Notes under the pieces: model-generated | What the model was told of the DNA's origin: nothing | Database searches by the model: none | Seen by the model: the letters and a program-made list of their open reading frames with translations, nothing else | Shown here: one piece after another, positions 1-11,820 of the stretch | Layout: each line of letters begins with the position of its first letter | How positions within the stretch are numbered: position 1 is the stretch's first letter | Program-made: the position numbers and the translations under genes | NCBI GenBank assembly: GCA_950097015.1 | Contig: CATNEN010000001.1 | Coordinates: forward strand, 21,080,001 to 21,144,000 | Direction: 5' to 3' | Source: Macrostomum hystrix | Taxonomy: Eukaryota; Animalia; Platyhelminthes | Length of the DNA: 64,000 bases

Positions 1-765
1 TCAACTAAGTTAGCTGTGATTTTGTCTACCTGTTTAAACAGACTTCGCTTCGGAAAGGTTGGTTGAATGACATTCTCAGCTACCATCTGCCTCATCCATC
101 TCCCTAATGTTTACTCCCAACACGCGCGGGAGCATTTCAAAACTAAATATTAGTAGCTCCTAGCCTACTAGGCTACTCTGCCAATCCACATCACGATGAG
201 ATAACTGGTCACTATTCGGCTTGTAGACATCATGACATCAAATGACATCATGAGGCATTTGCTTAAACGAGTTCCGGCCGTAGAATTATCGCATGGGTCT
301 TATAACATTCGGACATACCGACTACCAACTTTACGATAACTCCCGAACCGAATGACCGATTTTCATGAAAGTCCATCACAAGGATCCAACCTTTTTTGTC
401 CTTTCCGATGAACCAACTTTCAAAGCCGTCTTACGTCAGAATCGTCGAGATATTCATCGCTTCTTGTCGGAGACCCTGGTGTCAAGGACAGCTGACATAG
501 CTCTATATTGGTTCAATATTAGAACAAAAAAACATAATCAATTCAATATAATCAACAGAAATGCCGACAAAGTTAGATGATGAAATTTCTGTTAGGAAAA
601 TTATTGTTCAATACGTGCTTTTTTACCTGACTCTCGATGAGAATCGTCGAAAATCTTGACTATACCGATTTTTTGCGATTCTGGAAGTTGTTTCATCTAA
701 TAGAGTGGAAACTTATAGCATATGTTCTGGATTTTCATGGCGTTTGGTTGAATGTGTTAGTACAG

Positions 766-1065
766 CAGAGGTTGTAGCCTAGTGGTTAAGGCGTCGGACT
801 CACGACTTGAAGGTCGGGGGTTCGATTCCCGTCTCCACTGGAACAATTTGTGTCCTTTAGCAAGACACTTAACTCTGCATTGCTTCAGTTCACCCAGCTG
901 TTAAATGGGTACCAGCATCAGCTGGGATAATTGAAGGTGGGTGTGGCGTCCCCCCAGTCCATGGACTGAACAGCCGTACGCAGCCTTCAGATGCGCCGCG
1001 CAATAGCTGCGGCTGTGCTGTCGGCTGCACATCTGACCCAATTGGGGCAGGTGTAATAAAAAAAA
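766..1065 (+). mobile_element. SINE family A, full-length (tRNA head, CORE-like central domain, structured tail, A-rich end)
   Basis: A box TAGCCTAGTGGTTAAGGC and B box GGTTCGATTCC. The central TGTGTCCTTTAGCAAGACACTTAACTC...CAGCTGTTAAATGGG resembles the MIR/CORE domain. Ends TAATAAAAAAAA. Other copies at about 42174, 51423 and 61330. Confidence 0.85.
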
Positions 1066-1521
1066 GTAGATTCAGAAAATAACGGTGTCTTCCGAGTGTT
1101 AAGCTCTTTTCAGAACTGCCGAGTCAGGCAAATGTGTAACACGCAACATGTAGCATTTTATGTTATTTTTAAATTAACAAAATAAACCTCTTACACCCCC
1201 CAATCATCTTTGATAAGATTAAATTTCAAAATCGATGCCTTTTTTCTGCATTCACCAGCTGCATGCACTATTTGCATCAAGGCATGATTTTAACAGTCTC
1301 TGCACTGCTTTGCGCATTCAGCGTAAACATCACGTGATTCAAGAAGTGCATACTGGGAAGTCCTATTTCTAGAAAAATACCGAATGGATTTCAATTTAGT
1401 TTTTTAACTTTTGTATTCTCAGTTAAATCTGGAGCAGATTTCGAGATTTATCTGTGCATCATTTTCGACTGGTTTTGAGTTCCCAATATCAATGCGCCCC
1501 AGATGCTCGCGATCACCATGC

Positions 1522-1817
1522 GGTGACAGTAGACCCGCAGCCAGCGAGGAATTCTGCCCGTTTCGCTGACTCCTGAGCAAACGGACACAAATACCGTACG
1601 CAGGCACACACTCACACAGGTGTGTACATCTGTACTGATCTGTCCTCGGACAGTCCTTCGTTGATCGTTGGCACTCAATGACATAAATTTCATGACAAAC
1701 TTCAAAGTCTTCTGTCATTCACTGTGCCCGAAGTAACTGTGGCTTCGCCGCGGAATCGAGCTTAGGGACCTTGATGCGAGAGATAAACTCGTTTGACTGC
1801 TCTGCCACTCAAGACCC
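1522..1817 (-). mobile_element. SINE family B, diverged copy
   Basis: Reverse complement begins with a tRNA-like head (GTGGCAGAGC...CTCGATTCC) and aligns by eye with 25222-25560. Confidence 0.8.
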
Positions 1818-2559
1818 TTGGTTTAATTTGCTCTTTCTCAATAATTTCAGAGTAACCAAAAGCAACGCAATGAGTTCAACGTAAAATATTTGTCCAAGAC
1901 CTATCATACCTACCAATGCCATGGTTTTTTGATCGTATAGAAAAATTGATGGGCAATATCAGTGGGGTGGGGGGCCTTAGTAACCAGCGTTTCATATAAT
2001 TAGATTATCTATCTTTATACTACAGAGTAATATGCTGGAACTGGGAGCCGGGAGCCAACCTGGTGGGTGAATGAGAGATGCGAGATCCTCGGGTAATAAC
2101 AGTCGGAAATCTGGTCTCGGACACCGGATGCTGCCAGGTCCTGCGGCGGGAGGCTTCCATTTTCGCGTTAGGTACAAAAATAGAAGTCAACTGAAGTCAG
2201 TCGCTGAATTATTCATTCATGCGCCTATAGACTTTTTTATCTGGGCCCATCGAGATAATTGCATTAGCCTCTTCCCGGATGAGGAAGGAGGTGACAGGCG
2301 AGGGAGGAGCCTGCGGGAGGGGATTTGGGGGAGGAGCCTGCGTCTGAGTCGATTTTCTGAGTCGAGAAAGAAATTGGTCTGTGAATGGATTTGAAATTTC
2401 CAACCTAAAAAACATGTTTTGAAAATATTTCATTCATCGTATTGTATATTTATTGTAACTCGAGTCGGGAATTACGATGCTCTAACCAATAGGCTATAAC
2501 CCAGGCTTTACTAACTATGCAGCTTTGCAATATCCAAAGCTCCATCAATAAAAATCTAC

Positions 2560-2850
2560 GCTCAACATCTTTAGATCTAGGGGTTTCATCTCTAGATCAA
2601 GCCTCTACATCTCTAGATATAGGATCAACATTTCTAGATCAAGGCTCTACACCTCTAGATCAAGGCTCTGGATCTCTAGATCAAGCCTCTACATCTCTAG
2701 ACCAGCCTCTACATCTCTAGATCAAGGCTCAACATTTCTAGATCAAGGCTCTGGATCTCTAGATCAATGCTCTGGATCTCTAGATCAAGCATCTACATCT
2801 CTCGATCATGGCTCTTCATTTCTAGATCTGAGCCCAACATTTCTAAGTCT
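2560..2850. repeat. 21-bp minisatellite (CTCTAGATCAAGGCTCTACAT-like)
   Basis: About 13 diverged tandem units containing TCTAGA. Confidence 0.9.
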
Positions 2851-3893
2851 AACCACTATCTACATCTCTGCATCTGTTTATCTATGTACTCGAATGCGTC
2901 TCTATAGACCTAAAATCCATCTAAAGCACTGGAGCCTCCGTGCGAATCTGCCAGTGAATTAAAAGTATCTAAAGGTAAGTCTATCTATCATTCTGGTATT
3001 GCTGAATCTTTAGTCTTATCAATTTTTCATGCAATCCCTAGAAAAAGTCTATCATTCTGCATGCATCGCGCGACAGCTTCGCATATCCGAGTCCTTGGGT
3101 GCGTTTCTCCAGCAATCCTTGAACTCTTGTTTGCCTAGCTCTGTCAACACAGGACTGCATGCCAGACATTTGATCTTTGCAGTTTTTTCCTAGTCGGATT
3201 TGTTCTAATCAAATTTCCCACTGGATTGGTGCCTTCAGTATCTGGCGCTGCCCAATGGTCCACCTAGGAGAGCCACAAGTCCATTAGCGCGCGGCAAGCA
3301 CTGCGTCATCGTACTCCCGAACTGCAACATCGTTGTCATTCTGCCGCGCAACTAGTAGCTGAATATGTAAACACGACGCGAATTCCTACCAACGAGACTA
3401 ACTTTAGTGTTTATGTTTCCAGTAGGCAAGCAAATAACCTTTTTTAACGCGTGTGCGATGAAAGAATGTTCGCTTCTAGTCTGGGACGGTTCATTTGTAT
3501 CGACGAAGCTTGTTGCATTCGGACCAAAGAGTATTTTTCTGTGAAAATGGTGTTTCAATTCAGTATTTCCGTCATGCAGTTGCTGTCAGAATGTCAAGGC
3601 GGATGATCGGGGCTGTCGGGGCTTCAAATCCCTTTTTGTTGGTAAGATTGAAAATGGCGGAGCAAAATGCTGACAACAGGGCTTTTATCAAAAATTATTT
3701 TCCGTATATGCAAAGCGATCGGGTGTCATTCTGATATATTTTCAGAATTTTCAGAAATCTTAAAATACTTTTACTGTACGAGCATAGTTAAGGTTTGATA
3801 AAAAGTTTAACCGATTTTTTTTTTCAAAAGTTTCAACGATGACCCTGAAGCATGAAGTTTCAAAGAACGACTAAAACCATATTCATATTGCAG

Positions 3894-6125
3894 GTCCAAC
3901 AACCTCCAGCGAAGTCGGCGACGCAGTATCCGCAGCGTCGTCTTCATCGGATTCCACAGGCTCGGACATGAATCAGGATGACAGCGCCGACAGTTGCTCC
4001 GAAGCCGAGGGCGACAGTCAAGATGATGACGGGGACAAAGACGCTGACGGACAGGATCAAAGCGACGGCTCGTGCTCCGGCTCCGACAGCTACTGCAGCG
4101 AATGCGAGAGGGAGGCGAGAGACGCAGCCGCAGCCGCAGCTGCTAAAAAAGAGACAGTCGGCAAGCCGGCAGCGGTTCAGAAGAGAGCTGGTGCACCTGA
4201 GACAGAAAGAGCTGGCAGCAAGACGGCGCACAGGCGCGGTTCTACTGATAAGTCGCAGACAGCTCATGCGGTTTCGAATTCCGCATTGGCAAAGTCCTCA
4301 AAACTTCCGCATGGTTCAAAGGGTAAGTTTGCTTGCCATTGAACAGTTCATATTTAATGAGTGATTATTCCAACTCTCGCACCAATGTCCCTGAGCTGGA
4401 GTCTATGGTGAGGCCACATTCGTTTGAGGTGGGGTTTTACAAGCAAATTACACCCTTGAGGTGGATAACCAACAAAGCGCAGTGAGAGCTCACACTGGAG
4501 TGAGAAAGTCAGGCCAGATGTACACACCTGTGTGAGTTTGTGCTCAGAAGTCAGCGTTATCAGCGTTAGTCAGTCAGAAGTCGGCGTGTCAAAAAACACG
4601 CCTGGCCGCACAGTCTCTGATGAAGGCAGCGCCATTAGCCTGATCGGGCGCCCTGGCGTCTTCCAAATAGACAGTCGATGAACCTCCGGGTCCGCGCCTG
4701 ACCTCGCCGGTATGGGCCCTGCTGCGTGTGCAGCAATACCTCCTGCAGCGGCTCCGGGCATGCAGAGGACTCAGCGCTCTCTTATTAACCAGAATTTCAG
4801 ATAAATGAAAAAGAGTCAAATTTTATTTTTGAAAACTGCTAATGCAGAATGCTGCCGCCATTATTCTCCTAGCCCCATTATTATTTTCCATCCGTCCTCG
4901 CTAAGCTCACTGATCCATCCGCCAGATCAAGCCCTGCTGATGAAATATGAAATGCCTCGAGGCCCGACGCCGCATTTTTGTCTGGGGATCAAGGAATCGG
5001 TGGAGCAGAGCAGGGATCAGAGGATCATTTTTCTCCGCTGTGCCCGCTCTGATCAAGCGGCTCTTCAGTGTCATTTTTTGCGGATCAGCGAGGATGGAAG
5101 ATCGCTCCGGCTGCTGCGCCTTCGCGTCCTAAACTCGCCCGCATTCAACTCCTCCTCAGTCAGACATGCGGGAAGAGAGGAATGGGAAGGACCTTCCCCA
5201 CAGGGCCGTCCCAGCCCACCGATGCCATAATAACTAGCGCGAAAATAATCCTCTTCATCGTCACTTTCCACTTTTCCCGCGGCCTCGGGGTGGAATAAAT
5301 TCCCCTCCCGACTCGCTTTGGTCAGGGACGGAAAAGCCGATGAGAGGGGAGAAACTGATTTTTTCACGCAGAGCCTCCTCCAAAGTGGGAACTCGGAGAA
5401 GGGAAGTCTTGAAAATGGGATAACGCTTCGGTGATGCCGGGATTCTTCTTTGGATTTGGAGAGAAAACTGGCTGGGGGTGAAAGACCGCTTCGACGATGG
5501 CAAAGACGAACGGAAGATATGCAACTGCATCCTTAAGTCACTCAATTATTGTTAGGCCTTTAATTAAACTTTTGCTTTTGTCGACCAAAGAGAAAATCTT
5601 CACACTTCGATACTGTCTATGCAAGATATTTATAATGTTACAAAATGTCACGGTACAATCTTTCAGTCTCAGAGAATTTTTCTTGAAAGAAAGAAATGAC
5701 ACTTTTGAGCCAGATGCCAGTTGCACAGCTGCAGCTAATTGCGTGTACAGCTGCTCACCTGAGGCTGATACCTACCGGTATTTTATCGCTTCCGATTAAA
5801 CTGAAGCAATTCGAAATTAATCGTCTTACTCAGGGACACCAATTTTTCACCTAGTTTTCAGATTCGAACTCTCGACCTAGCTTTAACATGGGACTTAAGA
5901 TCCCACATTTATTCATGAAACTAGTATAGCTGGTATCAAAGTCACAACTCCCATCTGACTTCTTCAGAATCCCTTGACACCGAACCATCGCTGGACAGGG
6001 ATCTGGCGGACCTGGGCCCGACAACCGCTATGTTGCTGCAACAGCTGAACATCAAAGAAGCTGCCGCCGCGGCTGCCGCGGCTGCACTGCGCGACAGGGA
6101 TTACGAGCGGCTGGCCCTGCTTTAA
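3894..6125 (+). CDS. 3' exons of an uncharacterised acidic/low-complexity protein
   Basis: Exon 3894-4322 (ttgcag| ... G|gtaag) and exon 5968-6125 (cttcag| ... TAA) join in frame at phase 1: ...PHGSK-ESLDTEPSLDRDLADLGPTTAMLLQQLNIKEAAAAAAAAALRDRDYERLALL*. A possible upstream mini-exon ends at 2974 (G|gtaagt). No family recognised. Confidence 0.55.
4374..4557 (+). mobile_element. SINE family B, degenerate partial copy
   Basis: CTCTCGCACCAA...GATGTACACACCTGTGTGAG...GTCAGCG matches 25256-25468. Confidence 0.7.
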
Positions 6126-7050
6126 ATCGGCGCGCTTCTAAGCAATGATGCTTTGTTATAATCCACTGATCATCTATAAATGAAATTGTTCAATTATAAA
6201 TTAAACTTGTATATTTTTTGCTGAGCAAACTTATTTGGTTTATCTTGTGCATTTTTCCAGAGAAGCTGTATTATTCGTACAGGGCTACATTTCGAACAGA
6301 GTTTTTGTATTCTCACCTTGTAAATCAAAACACTTTAGATAAAGTACATTAGTAGATAGTTTCTGTATCCAAATCGATTCCGTATTGATTATTTGAATTC
6401 CAGTATGATTGTTCTTATCAAAATAATAATATTTATAAATCTGATATCCATTTCGAATTCCGCACTATTTGTTAGACAATATCAGTGCTGGGTTTAAATG
6501 AACTCAAAAGTACAAGAAAAGCGTCACTGTCTACTAGTGCGACTGAACATTGCTTTGCTGTCTGATTGCGCTTGCTGATTTCTCTGTATACTGGGAAGCC
6601 GACCTATGACTTTTCTAGAGGCGGAAGAGTAGCACAACTACAAAAGAACCGCTTTATCGGAAATACAATCTTCGGAATTGGAGCATAGATACGAAGTGTT
6701 TCATAATGCTATTCCAACCTTTCCGATTGCGACGCAATAGAAAGATTTATAATAGAGCAGCCAGTACAGATAAAAAGGTGCGTGGAAGCGTGTTAGCAAA
6801 GTAAGAAATGGCCTGCTGAAGCTCGAATTCTAACGGGGGTTAAGGGGGTTACCTTGCTAGTCCCATATACTAACGTAGGTGGGATATGACAGCCATAAGA
6901 CAATAAATTTACAGCCATCCCACAAACAAATTTTCTAAGGCTATAGTATCTAGAACAGAGTACCGGCCGGATTACTTTAGGAAAGAAATTCTCTATAGCC
7001 ACATGTTCAAGCTGCGGTAAATACTCAAATCATTACAACACGCTCGCACA

Positions 7051-7332
7051 ATGCACACCTCAAAAGCTTGCATGCTCTACGCTATGGTTCTTCTATCTCT
7101 GATCCTAAAAGTTGCAACTGGCTCTGATGAAGCGACCATTGTGGCATCTAGAATCAGCATCGATACTGGCTGCCTGAAAGCTGCTGGAGTGAACTCGCTG
7201 GCCTGTCTTGTTGGCACTTTGTACCGGTGCGCTTCCTCTGCGGACGGCTGCCACGATCGGGTGGCCCGCTGCCTCGCCGAAAAGTGCGGCGGCTCGCCTG
7301 AGCTGGTTGCTCAGTGTCTCAGACAGCGCTGA
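7051..7332 (+). CDS. Small secreted cysteine-rich peptide (paralog 1)
   Basis: Intronless 93-aa ORF with a hydrophobic signal peptide. SIDxGCL...CLAxxCGGxPxL motif shared with the ORF at 7653-7955. Confidence 0.8.
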   Translation: MHTSKACMLYAMVLLSLILKVATGSDEATIVASRISIDTGCLKAAGVNSLACLVGTLYRCASSADGCHDRVARCLAEKCGGSPELVAQCLRQR

Positions 7333-7652
7333 GAAATTTACAATGTACAATCCTTTCCAGAAAGCCATCGCTGCTTCGGTGCGCCGCTTTTCAACATTTC
7401 GATTTCTGTACCTTAAGTAATGAAAAATTAATTTGGCAAATACAAACCCGATGGTGAAAACTCCGGTGTCAGAACTTTACCTCTGCTCAGCGAGTTGGGA
7501 ATTTTACCCAACGCCCAGGTACAGATTCAAAGGCTTAAAGTGACGAAATCATTGACTGAAATAAATGCATCGCTGCTTAATAGCGAACTTTAAGTGACGC
7601 GAAAGAAATTCGATTTATTTAATTCTCATCTTTGTCACAATCAAAGCTACTC

Positions 7653-7955
7653 TCACAGGTGGATGCATGGCTCAATTAACGAAGGCACTCCGCCACAAAT
7701 CTGGGCCAGGCACACGGCCAGCATTGTCCCGTGAGAATTGTAGCAGTTGATCAGGTTGTTCATGATGCAGAACACCGAGGAGATGCCCGAGCCAACTAGG
7801 CAGCCCAAATCGATGCTGACCGCTGGAGCCTTGTGATGGCCGAAGTACTGCGAAGTCGCTTCTTCAAATGCTGGCAGATGAAAAGCATTTGACACTGCAA
7901 CAGTAGCAGCTAAGCAACAAACTAGTGCCAATTCAGGAATCAAACAGGTGCGCAT
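7653..7955 (-). CDS. Small secreted cysteine-rich peptide (paralog 2)
   Basis: Intronless 100-aa ORF with a signal peptide and six cysteines spaced as in paralog 1. AATAAA on the - strand at about 7614-7619. Confidence 0.8.
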   Translation of the reverse strand: MRTCLIPELALVCCLAATVAVSNAFHLPAFEEATSQYFGHHKAPAVSIDLGCLVGSGISSVFCIMNNLINCYNSHGTMLAVCLAQICGGVPSLIEPCIHL

Positions 7956-9621
7956 CAGCTGTAAAATTTGTTTTTTTACTCTTCGATTATATTTTTATTT
8001 CTTGCGATCTGCAATCCTTCGCGCGAATTTCCTTTGGGAACGTTTTTTCGGACAAAGCTTACTCAATTTTGTAGTGTGCCGATACATATCAGGTAGGGAA
8101 TGCGCAAAAAAGTAGTCGTGACTTTCTGCGAATAAACTAATCTTGCGACAAAACGACAAGACAAAACAGCAGCTTAATTGTACATGGGAAAGGTTGTAAT
8201 TGGTGCAACTTAAGTGAACTCCTAATTAAACAGCCTGAATGCTTATTGTACGCTCTTTTGCCCTGCAATTATGATTAGTATCTGAGGCTCATGAGAGCCC
8301 GCCATCAGAAGAAGGACGAAAAACTGCGTTTCTGAGACAAGTTGTGAAGAATGGTTTTTCTCGGAGAGAGGAATTTTTTGCTTTTTTCACAAATTTAGTG
8401 ACTGTGTTTGATTCGACGCAAACCAAATGCCATATCTTTAGGTATTAGTTTCCTTGGTTATATATTCAGCGATTTCTGTCATGATTTTTTCTGTAAAAAT
8501 CCAAGTCATTAGTATGAGTTTCTTATTATCAAGATGCCCTGCACTGTGCCTACCAATGCGTTAAGCTCCTGAAACAAAAAAACCGCTCGGAGACTATATT
8601 TTTGTATTATTGTATTTGTATTTTTGTAAGACGTATTTGCAGTGCTGACAAATTTGCAGGGCTCCATACTTCTTTTGAAGTATCCTCTCTCCATTCCGCT
8701 GACCGCAGCCCTGAGCACACTCACACACGGATTCTACGGAGTTACTATATGCACTATATATACTTTGCATCCAGCGAACGCTCACACAATGTTATGTAAT
8801 GAACATGTATGTTATGTGAACCGATCACAATATTGACATCACTGTGTCATCATTGTGACATCACTGCAGTGACATCACAAGTCATCACTGAGCCATTGGG
8901 GTTGGTCCCTTGAGTCGAAAATTGTACTACACGCTTCGAAGCTTTCTCTCCACACACAATATAAATGCAATCTGGTCTTGCCCCGGATTCGAGCCACGAT
9001 CAAATTTCAGTGTGACTGTGGATAAGTAATTCCCTCAGCCGTTTCACTGCCGCTAATATTGTGAAAAAATTATGACGTATAAAATGAATATACAGCTATT
9101 GAAAATTTTGCGAATTACATTGAGAAAATTGAATACTTTCACCACCCAAAACGAAATTTTGAGGAGAATGCTCGGATAACAATTCGTGATTCTGAAGCAT
9201 GGGCTTTGGCCTTGATCTTAATGTTATGCACATTACAAACACATTTTCTTTTTAATGAGTAAAAATAAAACTATTTTTTTCATAGACTCATAGTAGTTAA
9301 CATTCTGAAATTTAAATCGACCAACCTGTGGACAAATTTGTTAAAATACTTATTTTAAGAAGTACTAATTTAAAAGGAGAAATTTTTATGAAATCACTTA
9401 GATTTTGCATGTTCCAAATGCGGCACTATTATTCCTTCTTCTAATTAGTTACTTAATGTTTAAGTTTTTGGGTGGATTTTAAATTTTATTGTCAAATTGA
9501 GAATCTTAATCACGGTATTTATTTTTAAACATATTTTGCTTTGTTGCTAACTAATCGTCCTAAGACAATGACATATTAGTGACGACTGACGAGTGAGAGT
9601 TAGCCAGTAAAAAATACTAGC

Positions 9622-11820
9622 TAGGCCTACGAAACCTAGAAAGGTGCATATTAACTAGTACATATTAAATAACATACAAGTAACATTTGCTATAGAGTTT
9701 AAAAAACAAAGGTTTTGTTGTCTTACTGTTTCCCTCCATATTTCTTTCTGATAAGTGGCCCCATTGCTCATTTTTATTGAATGGCTGCAGCAGACTATTC
9801 ACACTTGTTTAAGCTTCTAATTATTGGAGACAGTGGTAAGTTCTGTGTGTTCATTTGGTAGATTTTTCTGTATTTCAATCTGGTTTGACAAGCAGAGGCT
9901 TCCGTTATGTTTAGCCTATGTAAAGCTAGATCTTATCTTGGAATATATTATAAATAGGGCCTAGTCTAAATAATGCTGAAGTACACCAGAAAAATTTGGA
10001 AGGCTATAGTGAATGCTAAAATGATTATTTTGCATGCTGGAAAGTAAAAGAGAAGTTGAAATAGTCTAAATGAGCAGTGTAAAAGTCTATTTTCCTTTTG
10101 AACAACCTTGTTTACTAAATACATGTAAAAGAACAGCTGCCCTGAAGCAACAAACAAAAAGAATCATTATTTTTATACTTGATGATCCTGTTAGCCGTTG
10201 TTCCTTGCATTTTTGCTATTAATTTAATTTTTTACTCCCATTTGTTTCCTTTACCAATTAAAAAAATTTCATTTGTTACTACACTTTAAGTTTAAGCTTT
10301 TGGTTATCAAACAATATAATTTAGCTTATCAAAAAATCAGTACCCACAGATGGTATCTACGTTTAAATAAGGATAATAATAATACTTCTTACTATTTGTC
10401 ATAATTGCTAGGCCTACACCATAGACAGGAAGGTGGCAGAGTGTGTGGTACGCCCAAACAAATTTTTCTATCTCTCAAAATTATGTGCTTTGCACCAACA
10501 CAAAAACCTTCATGTGCACCTGTCACTACCTGCCTCGTAAAAAAACATTTTATTATAACACAGCACAATTTTTTGTGTGACATAATACACTATTGGCATT
10601 AGCTTAAGGCAAACTCGTTCTATTCTTATAAATGACTATTAAATACAGTTTTCAATTTACAAATACTGTTCAACAGTTATATTCATAGATTTTTATCAAC
10701 AATATGAACTTAAATGTTACGTGAGAGGAGAGACAAGAGTCACAAGATAAGATGAGATTATTATGATTAAAATGGGTTATATTATAAAAAATTGTGATCA
10801 ATAAACTAAAATAAGAGAATAAAAAACACAAAAGCTAAGCAAATAAAACTAAATTATTTTTTGCAAGAATATAGTGTTACACTAGTCTAGATAGAACAGT
10901 AAATAATGTACTGTAAAAAGTAATTACTTACATCATTATATGTGCCACATAACACTACATGTGGCACCTGCTGCTATGCACTAATGTCCTCTGGTGTGCA
11001 CCCATTGTGCATTGTTATGCGCTGCTATTTGCCATGTGAGCCAGAATTTTATTTATTGGCACTGGAAAATTCTGCAAAACTGTCACTTTCCTGACTATGG
11101 GGTCTATAATGTACTTACTATCTTCTTTAAACTGTTATGTACTAAGTTTAGACTATAGACTATAGAGTATAGACTGTATAGTTTTGCTTTGTAAAATAGA
11201 TTTTAAGGCCTTAGCAGCTAATTAAATATCTGAGGTAATAAGAGTTCTAATATGACTAAGAGTAGGAGTAAGAGCTAGCTCATCATTATATTACCTGACT
11301 TTTTATGCTTTTGATAAATACAATGTTGCTTTTCTTCTAAATTAGTAGAAAAAAAGATTATTTTTTGCTAGCTTTTAAAGGAAGTGTAGCTTTGGTGCTT
11401 GACTAACACAGCCATGGCTTTGACTGGCTTAAATAATAATAGGAGTCACCATATTTCCTATTTTTTTACTTATTCACAATTAGGGTGGGTATTTGATATG
11501 GCATACCAAAATATAGAGAATAAAGAATTGTTCATAAACTTTTATTTAACCTAGGCTCTATCTATGCATTACCTAGAAGGCCCTAAAGCATTAAGCGGGT
11601 GAGCAATAGCTTTAGTTTTCAAATCAAGTTTGAGATGGAATTATTTGACTGCTTGTCCTAGATCAGTCAAGTAAAATATGTAATTAAATATAGAAATCTA
11701 CCATCTAGCTAGTCTATTTCAATTATTAAATTTGACTCAAGCAACTGTGGATTATTCTATGTAGTATATCAGTTGAAATTTGACTTTCACCAGTCACCAT
11801 ATCCCACTGCACCTCTCAAC
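9622..11820 (+). promoter_or_regulatory. CpG-depleted, TAGGCCTA-containing 5' zone of Rab35 (putative promoter-proximal domain)
   Basis: About 9-10 CpG in 2.2 kb by eye. TAGGCCTA at 9622 and 10409. Mirrors 53558-55213. Confidence 0.45.

Noticed and set aside
766-840. tRNA-Val(CAC) gene
   Set aside because: The anticodon and acceptor stems do not pair and the sequence continues into a repeated SINE body.
2030-5545. GC-rich blocks at 2030-2400, 3050-3730 and 4570-5545 with short ORFs
   Set aside because: No recognisable protein motif, termini or second copy; possibly old TE fragments, but not supportable.
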